From NCBI GenBank assembly GCA_964513205.1, contig CAZELP010000006.1, positions 8,990-72,989 of the forward strand: DNA of 64,000 bases. Direction: 5' to 3'. The DNA comes from an uncultured Legionella sp. (lineage in GTDB: Bacteria > Pseudomonadota > Gammaproteobacteria > Legionellales > Legionellaceae). Below the pieces are notes generated by a model. That model saw only the letters and a program-made list of their open reading frames with translations, made no database searches and was not told the DNA's origin. Positions 1-9,375 of this stretch are shown one piece after another. A program made the translations under genes and the position numbers. Numbering within the stretch: position 1 is the first letter of the stretch; each line of letters begins with the position of its first letter.

Positions 1-359
1 AGTTTGCTTCAGAAGCAGTGCTTGCTGCAGCTAAACAAGGTAAATATGCTCAATTACAAGAAGCGCTTTTCAAGTTTGATAAACCTTTAACTGAAGATGT
101 GGTGCTTGGTGCTGCTAAATCTGTTGGCTTGAACATCGAGCAATTGAAAAAAGACATGTCGAGCACGGAAGTCAAAAATGAGCTTTCTGAAAACAGAGCG
201 TTGGCTGAAAAAATTCGTTTAATGGGTACGCCAGCCTTTATCATTGCCTATACGCCAATGGGGCAATTTGATGGGAAAGTGAAACCCACATTTTTGCCAG
301 GTGGTGCAAGCGAATCCACAATGCAAGACATGATCAATCAAGTTCAATCTAAAAAATAG
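1..359 (+). CDS. DsbA/Com1-like periplasmic thiol:disulfide oxidoreductase, C-terminal part (5' end lies outside the window)
   Basis: The frame is open from the window edge (codons from nt 3: [15 protein letters not shown]...) and ends at TAG 357-359. It carries a DsbA-type cis-Pro loop 'MGTPAFII' and a helical insert. The catalytic CxxC would lie upstream of the window. Confidence 0.6.
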   Translation, partial: FASEAVLAAAKQGKYAQLQEALFKFDKPLTEDVVLGAAKSVGLNIEQLKKDMSSTEVKNELSENRALAEKIRLMGTPAFIIAYTPMGQFDGKVKPTFLPGGASESTMQDMINQVQSKK

Positions 360-369
360 TGAAGACGGT

Positions 370-1275
370 ATGAATAAACCTGCGACCTTTCAAGATATTA
401 TCCTTACTCTGCAGCAATTTTGGGCAAATGAGGGCTGTGTCATTCTACAGCCATTTGATATGGAGGTGGGCGCAGGTACATTTCATCCCGCAACATTTTT
501 GCGTGCAATTGGGCCTGAACCTTGGTCTGCTGCATACGTGCAGCCATCCAGACGTCCTACGGATGGTCGTTACGGTGACAATCCTAATCGTGTGCAACAT
601 TATTATCAATTTCAAGTGATTTTAAAGCCATCACCACTGGATATTCAGGAGAAATATTTAAATTCCATCCGTGCGTTAGGAGTGGATCCTTTGGTTGATG
701 ACATTCGATTTGTAGAAGACAATTGGGAATCCCCAACCCTTGGATCGTGGGGATTAGGTTGGGAAGTTTGGCAAAATGGTATGGAAGTTTCTCAGTTTAC
801 CTATTTCCAACAAGTTGGAGGGTTGCCTTGTAAGCCCATAACTGGTGAGTTAACTTATGGTCTTGAACGTTTAGCGATGTCCATTTTGGGTGTCGATAAT
901 TTGTTTAAACTGCCTTGGGGAAAGCGAGGTGATCGTGTTGTCACTTACGGTGATGTGTTTCATCAACAAGAAGTTGAAATGTCTGCTTTCAATTTTGAGC
1001 ATGCTGCTGTTGATAAATTATTGCGATATTTTGATGAGTATGAAGAAGAGGCACTCCGTCTTTTGGCGCTCAAACTGCCGTTGCCTGCTTATGAGATGGT
1101 TGTAAAAGCTTCTCATACGTTTAATTTACTGGATGCACGTCATGCCATTTCGGTGACGGAGCGTCAGCGTTATATCTTACGTGTTCGTCACCTGTCTCGT
1201 GCAGTTGCCGAAGCTTATTATGCTTCAAGAGAAGCACTTGGTTTTCCGATGCAGGATATGTCTCATGTGGAATGA
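370..1275 (+). CDS. glyQ: Glycine--tRNA ligase alpha subunit
   Basis: 301 aa. It has the highly conserved N-terminus '[38 protein letters not shown]' and '[12 protein letters not shown]'. glyS follows immediately. Confidence 0.97.
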   Translation: MNKPATFQDIILTLQQFWANEGCVILQPFDMEVGAGTFHPATFLRAIGPEPWSAAYVQPSRRPTDGRYGDNPNRVQHYYQFQVILKPSPLDIQEKYLNSIRALGVDPLVDDIRFVEDNWESPTLGSWGLGWEVWQNGMEVSQFTYFQQVGGLPCKPITGELTYGLERLAMSILGVDNLFKLPWGKRGDRVVTYGDVFHQQEVEMSAFNFEHAAVDKLLRYFDEYEEEALRLLALKLPLPAYEMVVKASHTFNLLDARHAISVTERQRYILRVRHLSRAVAEAYYASREALGFPMQDMSHVE

Positions 1276-3352
1276 TGTATTATTTGAATTAGGCACAGAA
1301 GAGTTGCCTTCATTGGCGGTTAAAGCTTTAGGGCAGGCTTTATTTTCTCACCTGACAGAGGCGCTGTTAGCCCGAGGATTAATAGACGAGGCACCTATGA
1401 CGAGATGTCTTGCGACACCTCGACGGCTTGCGGTATTGCTTCGTGCCAAATCTAAAGAGCCTGATCAAGAAATTGAACGGCAAGGACCTGCTTATCATTC
1501 AGGACTAAATGCAGCTGGTGAGCCTACGCCGGCGTTGCTTGGTTTTTCTCGTTCATGCAATGTCGCTGTCGATGCACTTTCTATCAAAGAAACAGATAAG
1601 GGAAAATGGTGGGTTTATCGTCAGAAAGTCCAAGGAAAATCTTTAGCGGAGCTTTTACCCTCATTGATTCTTGAGGCTGTTGATGCTTTGCCTATCAAGA
1701 AAATGATGCGTTGGGGAGACGGTGCTTATACTTTTGCAAGGCCTGTGCACTGGGCTGTTTTATTGGTTGACGATATAGTTGTTGATATGTCTCTTTTTGG
1801 TTGTAAAACGAGTCGATTCAGTTACGGGCATCGTTTCCATCATCCTCAGGCAATCGAAATTTCTCATGCAAATCTCTATCTAGAGTCTTTAAGAATTGGA
1901 TCTGTCATGGTCGATTTTGACGCTCGTCGACAATTTGTGCACGAGCAAATTCTAAAAACGGCGCTTTCTGTAGGTGGAGAGGCTTTGATTGATAAAGATT
2001 TATTGGATGAAGTGACTTCTATTGTGGAATGGCCTGTTGCTTTGTCTGTGCCATTTGATTCTGAGTTCCTTGAGAACGTTCCCCCAGAAGCCTTAATTGC
2101 CGCTATGCAAATGCATCAAAAATGTTTTCCTGTATACAATGAAAGTCGTTTAATGCCTTATTGTATTACCGTGTCGAATATCGAAAGCATTGACCCTCAA
2201 CATGTGATACAGGGAAATGAAAGAGTGATGCGGGCGCGATTAAGTGACGCTGCATTTTTTTATGCTAAAGATAAACAAATGTCTTTGTTATCGGCAATCG
2301 AAAAAACCAAGCAAGTGGTTTTTCAAGAAAAATTAGGCACTCTTTATGATAAGACGCAGCGTCTTGGTGTGTTAATGGAGTTTTTTGTTCCAATCTTTGA
2401 TTTGGCATCGGAGAGTGCAAACCGTGCTGCTTTGTTGAGTAAAGCCGATTTAATGACATCCATGGTAAACGAATTTCCTGAATTAGAAGGTTTGATGGGT
2501 TATTATTATGCGCTTCATGCAAATGAGACCGTAGAGGTTGCCAACGCATTGAAAGAGCAATACTGGCCTCGTTTTTCTGGAGATGCTTTACCAAGCACGT
2601 CTCTTGGAAAAGCGCTTTCTTTAGCGGATAGACTGGATACATTGATGGGAACTTTTGCCATAGGTCTTCGACCGACGTCGACAAAAGATCCATTTAAATT
2701 AAGACGTCATGCTGTTGCCGTGATTCGAATTTTGAAAGAGACCAGAACACAAAAACCATTGTCTTTAATGGCTCTATTGAGGCAAGCTGCTCTTGCTCAT
2801 GTTCATCTTGATGTGTCCGAGGAAGCCATTCAGTCGTTGCATGCATTTATTCTGGACCGTTTACCAAGTGTTTTCCAAGAATCAAGTTCAGCATTAATTC
2901 AAGCAGTTTTAGTGCGGCAGCGAGATTGTTTTTATGATTTTGAACAGCGATTAAAGGCGCTGAATAAATTTTTTGAACGTGAAGAAAGTCAGGCGCTGAG
3001 TGCTGCATCTAAACGCGTTGAGCGTCTTTTAGAGTCGACTGATTTCAAAAGTGATGAGCTTCTCGTCGACAAACGTCATTTGGTCTTAGAGGCAGAAAAA
3101 GCACTTTTATCGAAAATAGAGTTTATTGAGTGTCAGGTGCTTGACTACCTGTCTCCTTCGGTTATGCCGACCGTTGTTGAATATGATCGAGTGTTAACGA
3201 CCCTTGCTGATTGCCGTAATACAGTCGATGACTTTTTTGACAAAGTCATGGTGATGGTTGATGATGAGCTGCTTAAAAACAATCGCCTGACGCTGCTTGC
3301 GCGACTGCATCAGCTTTTCCAATGTGTGGGTGATATTTCCAAGCTTTACTGA
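1265..3352 (+). CDS. glyS: Glycine--tRNA ligase beta subunit
   Basis: ATG 1265 ([16 protein letters not shown]...) overlaps the glyQ stop by 11 nt. The 'ELGTEELP' start motif and the length of about 695 aa fit GlyS. The track start at 1181 is an in-frame extension inside glyQ. Confidence 0.95.
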   Translation: MWNDVLFELGTEELPSLAVKALGQALFSHLTEALLARGLIDEAPMTRCLATPRRLAVLLRAKSKEPDQEIERQGPAYHSGLNAAGEPTPALLGFSRSCNVAVDALSIKETDKGKWWVYRQKVQGKSLAELLPSLILEAVDALPIKKMMRWGDGAYTFARPVHWAVLLVDDIVVDMSLFGCKTSRFSYGHRFHHPQAIEISHANLYLESLRIGSVMVDFDARRQFVHEQILKTALSVGGEALIDKDLLDEVTSIVEWPVALSVPFDSEFLENVPPEALIAAMQMHQKCFPVYNESRLMPYCITVSNIESIDPQHVIQGNERVMRARLSDAAFFYAKDKQMSLLSAIEKTKQVVFQEKLGTLYDKTQRLGVLMEFFVPIFDLASESANRAALLSKADLMTSMVNEFPELEGLMGYYYALHANETVEVANALKEQYWPRFSGDALPSTSLGKALSLADRLDTLMGTFAIGLRPTSTKDPFKLRRHAVAVIRILKETRTQKPLSLMALLRQAALAHVHLDVSEEAIQSLHAFILDRLPSVFQESSSALIQAVLVRQRDCFYDFEQRLKALNKFFEREESQALSAASKRVERLLESTDFKSDELLVDKRHLVLEAEKALLSKIEFIECQVLDYLSPSVMPTVVEYDRVLTTLADCRNTVDDFFDKVMVMVDDELLKNNRLTLLARLHQLFQCVGDISKLY

Positions 3353-3495
3353 TGGTTTATTCATTATTTTTGAAAAGACGGTCTGACTATTTTTGTTAAG
3401 ATAGTGTAAATTTCATCGTTCTTGCGATCAGATTTTTTATCTACTGCATACACTTGTATCTACAGGAAGAATTTATCGCTTATAGGAGTTTTAAG

Positions 3496-3861
3496 ATGAA
3501 CGATTACACTGGGATATTGCCTCATATTAAATTTCAGTTTGATCTAAAGCATCCCACGCTCGAGGAATGCTACATATTTGGATATGAGTGTGCTTTGGCT
3601 AGTTTGGAAGAAGACACGAATCCTTATGCACTAAATTCAAAAGAGGGCGAACAATGGGCCGAGGGCTGGTGGGCTGCCTTTTATGGTGAAGAACCTTTGT
3701 TTGATTGGCATCATCTTGAAGATACGGAAGTTTTGGATGCAGATAATGATGCGCACTATACCGAGGTGCGCGAGGGATATTTCACTCGCGTGTTGGAGAT
3801 TGTGGGTGTGATTGCTGTTTCTGCCATCCTGGGTTATCAAGTGTTAGATTTGGTCGCCTAA
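3496..3861 (+). CDS. Membrane-anchored Rmf/CrpP-like domain protein
   Basis: ATG 3496 is preceded by 'TAGGAG'. The motif 'GYECALASLEEDTNPYALNSKEGEQWAEGWW' has the same spacing as the RMF signature GY-x12-PY-x8/9-W-xxGW. The C-terminal hydrophobic helix is 'VLEIVGVIAVSAILGYQVL'. Confidence 0.55.
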   Translation: MNDYTGILPHIKFQFDLKHPTLEECYIFGYECALASLEEDTNPYALNSKEGEQWAEGWWAAFYGEEPLFDWHHLEDTEVLDADNDAHYTEVREGYFTRVLEIVGVIAVSAILGYQVLDLVA

Positions 3862-3966
3862 CCAATCGAAAACCCAAGAGCCTGCCATCATGGTCAATTA
3901 CGCAGAGTTTATCTTAGTCGCGCGACTGTGAAGACAGGTTCTGGTGTTTTATACAATTGCTGACTT

Positions 3967-4374
3967 TTATATTGCTTTTTTTCCTTGAATCAGTCCAATT
4001 TTGATTAACATGCTTCGCATTCGAGCGATTTCTCCTGGATTGAATTCTTTGTAAGTCGGTGTGCCGATATTAAAGCAAACAGTCACATTATCTCCTACTC
4101 CGCCTAATAAATTTGCTCCAGTTAGGTGTAGAACGTCAATTTGTTCGGAAATCTCTTGTGCCCAACGTTGTAGATATTCGCGTTGACTAAAAACGGGCAT
4201 AAATACTTTATCGTTTTCTGTTAAAAATAGAACATTGGGCTCTTCATCTGCTGATTTTTTTTCAATCGGAATAAAAAAATTCGCTTTCATAAAGGCTAAA
4301 TATGCTTTATTTACTTCAGCTTGATTACCTTGGCTTTCAAGTGCTTGATGGATTGCTAGTTCGATGTCGTTCAT
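3967..4374 (-). CDS. SseB-family-like protein (N-terminal SseB domain only)
   Basis: 135 aa. The pattern 'AYLAFMKANFFIPIEKK...VLFLTENDKVFMPVFSQREYLQRW' resembles the SseB family. The call is from memory of the family and is not verified. Confidence 0.45.
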   Translation of the reverse strand: MNDIELAIHQALESQGNQAEVNKAYLAFMKANFFIPIEKKSADEEPNVLFLTENDKVFMPVFSQREYLQRWAQEISEQIDVLHLTGANLLGGVGDNVTVCFNIGTPTYKEFNPGEIARMRSMLIKIGLIQGKKAI

Positions 4375-4617
4375 GGTTCTCTCTTGAAAATCTTTTCTGT
4401 CTGTTTTGAGACGCTGAAGACCAGTTCTTATTTGTTGTTGGCAGAATAAGATTTGATGTTTTGGAGAATCTTCAACAGGATGAAATAGTGTAACTCAGGC
4501 ACGTAAAATGGACAATTAATCTGCATAAAAAAATCATTTTTATAACGCTTAAAAATCATCTTGCAATATCTTTACAAATCGTTCACTCTATAAAACCAAA
4601 AATTGAGGGGGGGGTGT

Positions 4618-5895
4618 ATGTCTGGTCAAATCAATTTACTAAATGAAAAAAATCGCATGAAATTCGCTTGGCTTATTTGGGGCTTGGCTGCTACTTTTTA
4701 TTTTTCAGATTACATGGCGAGAGTCGCGCCAACAGTGATGCATCGGTTTTTACAGGCCGATTTTGGGATTAATGAAGCAGGTTTTGGTACATTAACGGCG
4801 TCGTTTTACATTCCTTATATTTTAATGCAAATTCCCGTTGGATTAACGGTGGATCGAATCAGTATTCGTTGGATTTTAACGCTCATGTCTATTGTAACGG
4901 CATTGGGCTGTGCTGTTTTTGGTTTTGCTGACAGTTTGTTGATTGCCTCTGTTGGGCGTATGTTAATCGGTTTTAGTGCGGCATTCGCTTTTATCTCCGC
5001 TCTTCGCTTGGCCACATCTTGGTTTCCTCCTGCGATGCTTGGTCTTTTGGCTGGCCTGACACAAGCATTGGGAATGCTGGGTGGGGCATCAGGTCAGGCT
5101 CCTGTTTCTTTTCTAGTGAGCGCTGTGGGTTGGCGACACAGTATGTTTATCATTGGCTTTTTATTCATTTTGTTGGCTGGTATGTTGTACCAGTACGTTC
5201 AAGATGCTCCTGATTCAAAGCATAATCAGAAGAAAACAGAACAAAAAGTCAGTATTTTAACGAGTTTGAGAATCATCCTTTCTAGCAAACAAACTTGGAT
5301 AAATGCATTTTATGCCGGATTTCTTTATGCACCTGCTGCCGTAATTGGTGAGGCGATTGGCCCTGCTTATTTGCAGTATGGCCGAGGACTTCCTGTTCAT
5401 GCTGCGGCATTTGCAACAGGCCTCATTTTTATTGGCTGGGTTTTTGGTGGACCTGTTTCTGGCTGGTTGTCTGATCGAATCGGACGACGTAAGCCGGTCA
5501 TGATTGTGTCCGCTATTTGTGGGCTTTGCATCATGCTTTTGTTGGTTTATTACCCCCATTTGCACACACAACTTGTTTATACGCTGCTGTTTTTATTTGG
5601 ATTTACAAATGCAGGCGTCGCAATTGCATATGCAGTCTCAACTGAACTGCACGATCGGTCTGTTGTTGGAACTGCTATTGCGTTCACCAATATGGCTTCT
5701 ATTTTTGTTGGAGCAACACTACAGCCCATCGTTGGGCGTTTAGTTGATTATGTTGCGGGTACGCGAGGGTATCATGTTGAATCTCTTTTATTGAGTGATT
5801 TTCAATTTGGACTTCGTATATTGCCTCTCTGTTCATTGATTGCGCTTATTTTGGCTTTTATGGTTAAAGAAACGCACTGTCATCCGAAACAATAA
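4618..5895 (+). CDS. MFS transporter, substrate unknown
   Basis: About 12 predicted TM helices, with an MFS loop 2-3 motif 'GLTVDRISIRW' and a second 'GWLSDRIGRRK'. The ATG at 4618 sits 3 nt after a G8 run. The alternative TTG at 4603 would put the G8 run inside the coding sequence. Confidence 0.85.
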   Translation: MSGQINLLNEKNRMKFAWLIWGLAATFYFSDYMARVAPTVMHRFLQADFGINEAGFGTLTASFYIPYILMQIPVGLTVDRISIRWILTLMSIVTALGCAVFGFADSLLIASVGRMLIGFSAAFAFISALRLATSWFPPAMLGLLAGLTQALGMLGGASGQAPVSFLVSAVGWRHSMFIIGFLFILLAGMLYQYVQDAPDSKHNQKKTEQKVSILTSLRIILSSKQTWINAFYAGFLYAPAAVIGEAIGPAYLQYGRGLPVHAAAFATGLIFIGWVFGGPVSGWLSDRIGRRKPVMIVSAICGLCIMLLLVYYPHLHTQLVYTLLFLFGFTNAGVAIAYAVSTELHDRSVVGTAIAFTNMASIFVGATLQPIVGRLVDYVAGTRGYHVESLLLSDFQFGLRILPLCSLIALILAFMVKETHCHPKQ

Positions 5896-6054
5896 CAACG
5901 ATACAGTCCTGGGTTGCCTATATTGTGTTTGCTTCGCTCAAGCAACCATCAATCTAGGTGACTCAAAAAAAAAATAAAACAAAAATACATTCACAGCGTG
6001 CAGAACTCATGATTTAATAGGGACGTTGTGGCAAATTTGAGGATGGAGACACAC

Positions 6055-7566
6055 ATGAAAAAAGTGATTGGTTCAGTAACTTCGTTGGCAGCTTTGGTTC
6101 TTTTGAGTTATTACGGCACAGGTTTTATCACGGAACGTACCATCAAAAAGAATCTGACTTTGCTTGATCAGGCCAATGGATTGAGTGCGGAAATCACAGA
6201 CTATCATCGTGGGTTGTTCTCCTCAAAAGTCAATTTAAGCTGGACATTGTTAACACCAGAGCGCTTTGTAAAAAGCACCGATGATCGTGTCAGCATTCTA
6301 CCTGCTAAAACGTATACTTTTGACATGCCTGTTGTGATTCATCATGGTCCAGTCATTTATGCAAATCAGGGTGTGAAATTTGGACTGGCATATGCCAACA
6401 GTGAAGTTTCTATTCCCAAGGCATATCAGTCTGAGTTTACCGAAAACTTTACTTCAGAATCAGTCATGCCAAAATTAGATTTGGCATTTTTTGTGACTTA
6501 TGCAAATAAAATGCTTTTACATGTGGACGTGCCTGCGTTTCGTTTGATATCCAAACAAGACAACAGTCAATTTCAGTGGCTGGGAATGAAGAGCGAGCAT
6601 TCTTTCTCATCCAATATGAATGAAGTAGAAGGTGATGTTGTCATTGATGGTGCTAGATTTTCTCAAGCCAATCATACAGCCTCAATCAGCAAGCTTACAT
6701 CAACTTATGATGTACATCGTTCATTGAGTGGTTTGTTTTTAGGTGATGTCACAATTCAAGTGCCTTTGTTTGAAGTAACGTTTAAAGACAAGAAAATTCT
6801 TGATGTTCAAGAGATACAGTTAACAACAAGCAGTGATGTAGAAGAAGGTCTTTTCGCTTCTTCTTTCCACGCCGCCTTTGATAAAGCATCCATGCACGAT
6901 AAAAATTATGGTCCAGGCCGTTTGAGTTTTTCAATCAAGAATTTAGATGCTGAAACATTGGTCGATATCAATAAAAAAATGAGTGATGTTCAAAATGGCT
7001 CTGATGCTGCACGTCAGCAAGCTGCTCTTTCAATTCTTCCAGACCTGCCCAAGTTATTTGGGAAAGGTGCTACAATTGATGTGTCTGAGTTTAATATTGT
7101 TGGACCCGAGGGTGAGATGGATGGAACAGTCCATATTGCCTTACCCAAAAGTGACTCTGGCAATGCATTCCAGCTTATGCAAAAAGTAGAAGGTGAAGGC
7201 AAAATTAAATTGCCTGAAGGATTGTTACGTTCGATGGTCGTTCGTGCTGAAAAAACAAAATTATTGATGGCGAAACAAAAAACCGCAGAAACAGATACTC
7301 CTGCGCCAGCAAACACGACTGCTTCAGAAGCACCGTCTCAAACACCCGTTACAGCAAATGCGACAGAAAAGACGTCATCTATCGCAACTGCTTCTGACGA
7401 TGTGCAAGCTCAAGCTGAAAGTTCGGCACAAAATAGAATTGAAAACTTGATAAAAGTTGGCACTATTGTTAAAAAAGATACTTATTATGTCATAAATGTG
7501 AAGTTGGCTTCTGGCCAAATCTCCGTGAACGGGCGTCCTTTATCTGCAGAGATGCTTCAGTTTTAA
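6055..7566 (+). CDS. YdgA-like (DUF945) membrane-anchored protein
   Basis: ATG 6055 follows 'GAGGATGGAG'. The N-terminal anchor is 'MKKVIGSVTSLAALVLLSYYGTG'. The length of about 500 aa and the repetitive beta-rich body are typical of YdgA/DUF945. The tail is T/A/S/Q-rich. Confidence 0.6.
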   Translation: MKKVIGSVTSLAALVLLSYYGTGFITERTIKKNLTLLDQANGLSAEITDYHRGLFSSKVNLSWTLLTPERFVKSTDDRVSILPAKTYTFDMPVVIHHGPVIYANQGVKFGLAYANSEVSIPKAYQSEFTENFTSESVMPKLDLAFFVTYANKMLLHVDVPAFRLISKQDNSQFQWLGMKSEHSFSSNMNEVEGDVVIDGARFSQANHTASISKLTSTYDVHRSLSGLFLGDVTIQVPLFEVTFKDKKILDVQEIQLTTSSDVEEGLFASSFHAAFDKASMHDKNYGPGRLSFSIKNLDAETLVDINKKMSDVQNGSDAARQQAALSILPDLPKLFGKGATIDVSEFNIVGPEGEMDGTVHIALPKSDSGNAFQLMQKVEGEGKIKLPEGLLRSMVVRAEKTKLLMAKQKTAETDTPAPANTTASEAPSQTPVTANATEKTSSIATASDDVQAQAESSAQNRIENLIKVGTIVKKDTYYVINVKLASGQISVNGRPLSAEMLQF

Positions 7567-7574
7567 ATTGATGA

Positions 7575-7609
7575 GCTGCATCCTCTTCTAAAGGTGATGC
7601 AGCTTTTTT
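7575..7609 (+). terminator. Rho-independent terminator after the DUF945 gene
   Basis: The stem pairs GCTGCATC (7575-7582) with GATGCAGC (7596-7603), and TTTTTT follows at 7604-7609. Confidence 0.8.
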
Positions 7610-7648
7610 ACGTCTTGAACCCATTAAATATTGAAAGGAGTTAATGTG

Positions 7649-7927
7649 ATGGCAGTGAACAATGATGCTGGTGTGAAGTCTGCTTCTTTAGCAGCAAGTG
7701 TGACTCAATCAGTTCAGAAATATTTTTCTGAGTTGAAAGGCGCAGATCCAGTTGATCTATACCAGTTTGTATTGGAAGAAGTTGAGACACCTCTATTTCG
7801 TGCCGTTATGGAACATTGCAAATACAATCAATCTCGTGCTGCGGTAATGTTGGGAATTAGCCGTGGAACACTCAGAACAAAACTGAAAAGATATTTTGAT
7901 GATAAATACGTGGGCTCTAGAGATTAA
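7649..7927 (+). CDS. fis: DNA-binding protein Fis (nucleoid-associated)
   Basis: ATG 7649 follows 'AAAGGAG'. The region 'DLYQFVLEEVETPLFRAVMEHCKYNQSRAAVMLGISRGTLRTKLKRY' is the Fis core plus its C-terminal HTH. The gene is monocistronic here, with no dusB upstream. Confidence 0.85.
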   Translation: MAVNNDAGVKSASLAASVTQSVQKYFSELKGADPVDLYQFVLEEVETPLFRAVMEHCKYNQSRAAVMLGISRGTLRTKLKRYFDDKYVGSRD

Positions 7928-7980
7928 TTTTATTAACTGTGATTTTGTCGGTTTTTTTAGAGTTTGAATTTGAAGCGTGA

Positions 7981-8036
7981 ACTTCTGAGAAGAGAGTATA
8001 AGAGGTTTTGATGTATTCTCTTCTCATTTCTGAAGT
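7981..8036 (+). other. Long imperfect stem-loop in the fis/prs convergent spacer
   Basis: The inner stem pairs GAGAAGAGAGTATA (7987-8000) with TGTATTCTCTTCTC (8012-8025), about 14 bp with two G-U pairs. The outer stem pairs ACTTC (7981-7985) with GAAGT (8032-8036). The loop exposes AGAGG. No T-tract follows. Confidence 0.4.
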
Positions 8037-8130
8037 CAGGTTTATCCAAGATCAAGTCAAGCTTTTTGAGTTAATCAGGACTGACCAAAAAATCGGTTTC
8101 TTCGCTCGATCATTCAAAGATCCGTCCTGA
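8011..8130 (+). CDS. Candidate small ORF (39 aa), below the ORF-track threshold
   Basis: ATG 8011 lies 5 nt after 'AAGAGG'. It translates to MYSLLISEVRFIQDQVKLFELIRTDQKIGFFARSFKDPS*. I recognise no family, and it could be a chance ORF. Confidence 0.2.
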   Translation: MYSLLISEVRFIQDQVKLFELIRTDQKIGFFARSFKDPS

Positions 8131-8152
8131 CCTTGACCTTTCATACGTTCAG

Positions 8153-9100
8153 TTAATCTTCAAACATTGAGCTAACAGACTGCTCCACATTCACTCGTTT
8201 AATTGCTTGTGCTAGCATTTGAGAAAGGCTTACCACTCTGATCTTTTTACAAAGCTGAGCTTTCGCTGAGAGTGATATGGTGTCTGTAATGACGACTTCA
8301 TCCAGAACGGATGACTCAATGTTCTCAATAGCTGGTCCTGATAAAACTGCATGTGTGATATAGGCTCGAACACTCAGTGCGCCTGATTTTTTTAACTCTT
8401 TTGCGGCAGAACAAAGAGTTCCCGATGTGTCAACGATGTCATCGATAATGACACAGTTTCGACCATTCGGTTCTCCTATGATATGCATGACTTCTGATTT
8501 ATTCGGGCCACTGCGTCTTTTATCAATGATAGAAAGATCGGCGTCATTTAAATATTTTGCCATTGCACGTGCTCGAACAACTCCTCCGACATCAGGAGAG
8601 ACGACCATTAAGTCTTTTAGATTCTGATTTTTGATATCTTCGAAGAGAATAGGGGTAGAGTATACATTGTCAACCGGCATGTAAAAGAACCCTTGAATTT
8701 GATCGGCATGCAAATCAACAGTAAGTACTCGACAAATACCAACGCTGGCCATCATATCTGCAACTATTTTTGCGGTAATGGGTACACGTGCAGAACGGAC
8801 GCGACGATCTTGTCTTGCGTAGCCAAAATAGGGCACTACCGCTGTAATACGTCCTGCTGATGCTCGACGCATTGCATCGGCCATGGTCAGAAGTTCCATC
8901 AGGTTGTCATTCGCAGGAGCCGAGGTGGATTGAATAAGGAAGACATCTTTGCCTCGAACATTTTCCAAAATTTCAACCAGTGTTTCTCCGTCACTAAACG
9001 TACCAACATTTGCTTTTCCAATGGGTATATTTAAATGTTCTGAAATAGCACGAGCAAGTTTAGGATTAGAATTTCCTGTAAATATCATCATGTTCGACAT
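8153..9100 (-). CDS. prs: Ribose-phosphate pyrophosphokinase
   Basis: Motifs read: '[10 protein letters not shown]', '[11 protein letters not shown]', '[13 protein letters not shown]' and the PRPP loop '[13 protein letters not shown]'. Confidence 0.97.
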   Translation of the reverse strand: MSNMMIFTGNSNPKLARAISEHLNIPIGKANVGTFSDGETLVEILENVRGKDVFLIQSTSAPANDNLMELLTMADAMRRASAGRITAVVPYFGYARQDRRVRSARVPITAKIVADMMASVGICRVLTVDLHADQIQGFFYMPVDNVYSTPILFEDIKNQNLKDLMVVSPDVGGVVRARAMAKYLNDADLSIIDKRRSGPNKSEVMHIIGEPNGRNCVIIDDIVDTSGTLCSAAKELKKSGALSVRAYITHAVLSGPAIENIESSVLDEVVITDTISLSAKAQLCKKIRVVSLSQMLAQAIKRVNVEQSVSSMFED

Positions 9101-9185
9101 GAATATGGCCTTTGGATTTTAAATAAACGTGAAGAAACTAGAATAGCGTAACATGTTCTTATTCGATATTAAATAAGCATTTAAG

Positions 9186-9260
9186 TGGCTGGGGTGCTAG
9201 GATTCGAACCTAGGTATGCAGGGATCAAAACCCTGTGCCTTACCGCTTGGCGACACCCCA
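9186..9260 (-). tRNA. tRNA-Gln (anticodon UUG), CCA encoded
   Basis: The reverse complement is TGGGGTG-TC-GCC-AAGCGGTAA-GGC-A-CAGGG-TTTTGAT-CCCTG-CATAC-CTAGG-TTCGAAT-CCTAG-CACCCCA-G-CCA. All four stems pair, and the anticodon loop carries TTG. Confidence 0.97.
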
Positions 9261-9307
9261 ATTGTTGCACACAGTCTGTGTTTTCGTCTGTGCCTCAACA
9301 GGGTCGT

Positions 9308-9336
9308 ATTCTGCAGATTTTTTACGAAATTGTCAA
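9308..9336 (-). promoter_or_regulatory. Putative sigma70 promoter for tRNA-Gln
   Basis: On the minus strand, TTGACA (9336-9331) is followed by a 17-nt spacer and CAGAAT (9313-9308). An A/T-rich UP-like tract lies upstream. Confidence 0.4.
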
Positions 9337-9375
9337 CGCGATTTTTAATAAAAATTTTTTAGAGGGTGTAAATAT

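Noticed and set aside
1181-1264. The ORF track gives upstream-extended starts for glyS (1181), folB (20878), DAHP synthase (23081), dnaK (23822), carA (26933), the OMP genes (30874 and 40936), lolB (11035), greA (35126), rsgA (55902) and ftsB (63539).
   Set aside because: The extensions overlap the neighbouring gene or promoter, lack an SD, and add non-homologous residues ahead of conserved N-termini or signal peptides. Internal ATG/GTG starts with an SD were chosen instead.
2265-2693. Long antisense or alternative-frame ORFs lie inside well-supported genes. Examples are 2265-2693 in glyS, 19251-19715 in the ATPase, 22640-23053 in the DAHP synthase, 23234-23641 in grpE, 51648-52022 in the RND gene and 54288-54722 in benE.
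   Set aside because: Each lies wholly within a gene carrying strong family motifs. Each has an odd composition (Cys/His/Arg-rich or low complexity), and none has an SD. They are typical shadow ORFs.
5965-5974. An A10 run and weak hairpins lie downstream of the MFS gene.
   Set aside because: The hairpin (TTGCTT-CGCTC-AAGCAA) is short and is not followed by a T-tract. The A-run lies in an AT-rich promoter-like spacer for the next gene. I have no basis to call a terminator or a switch.
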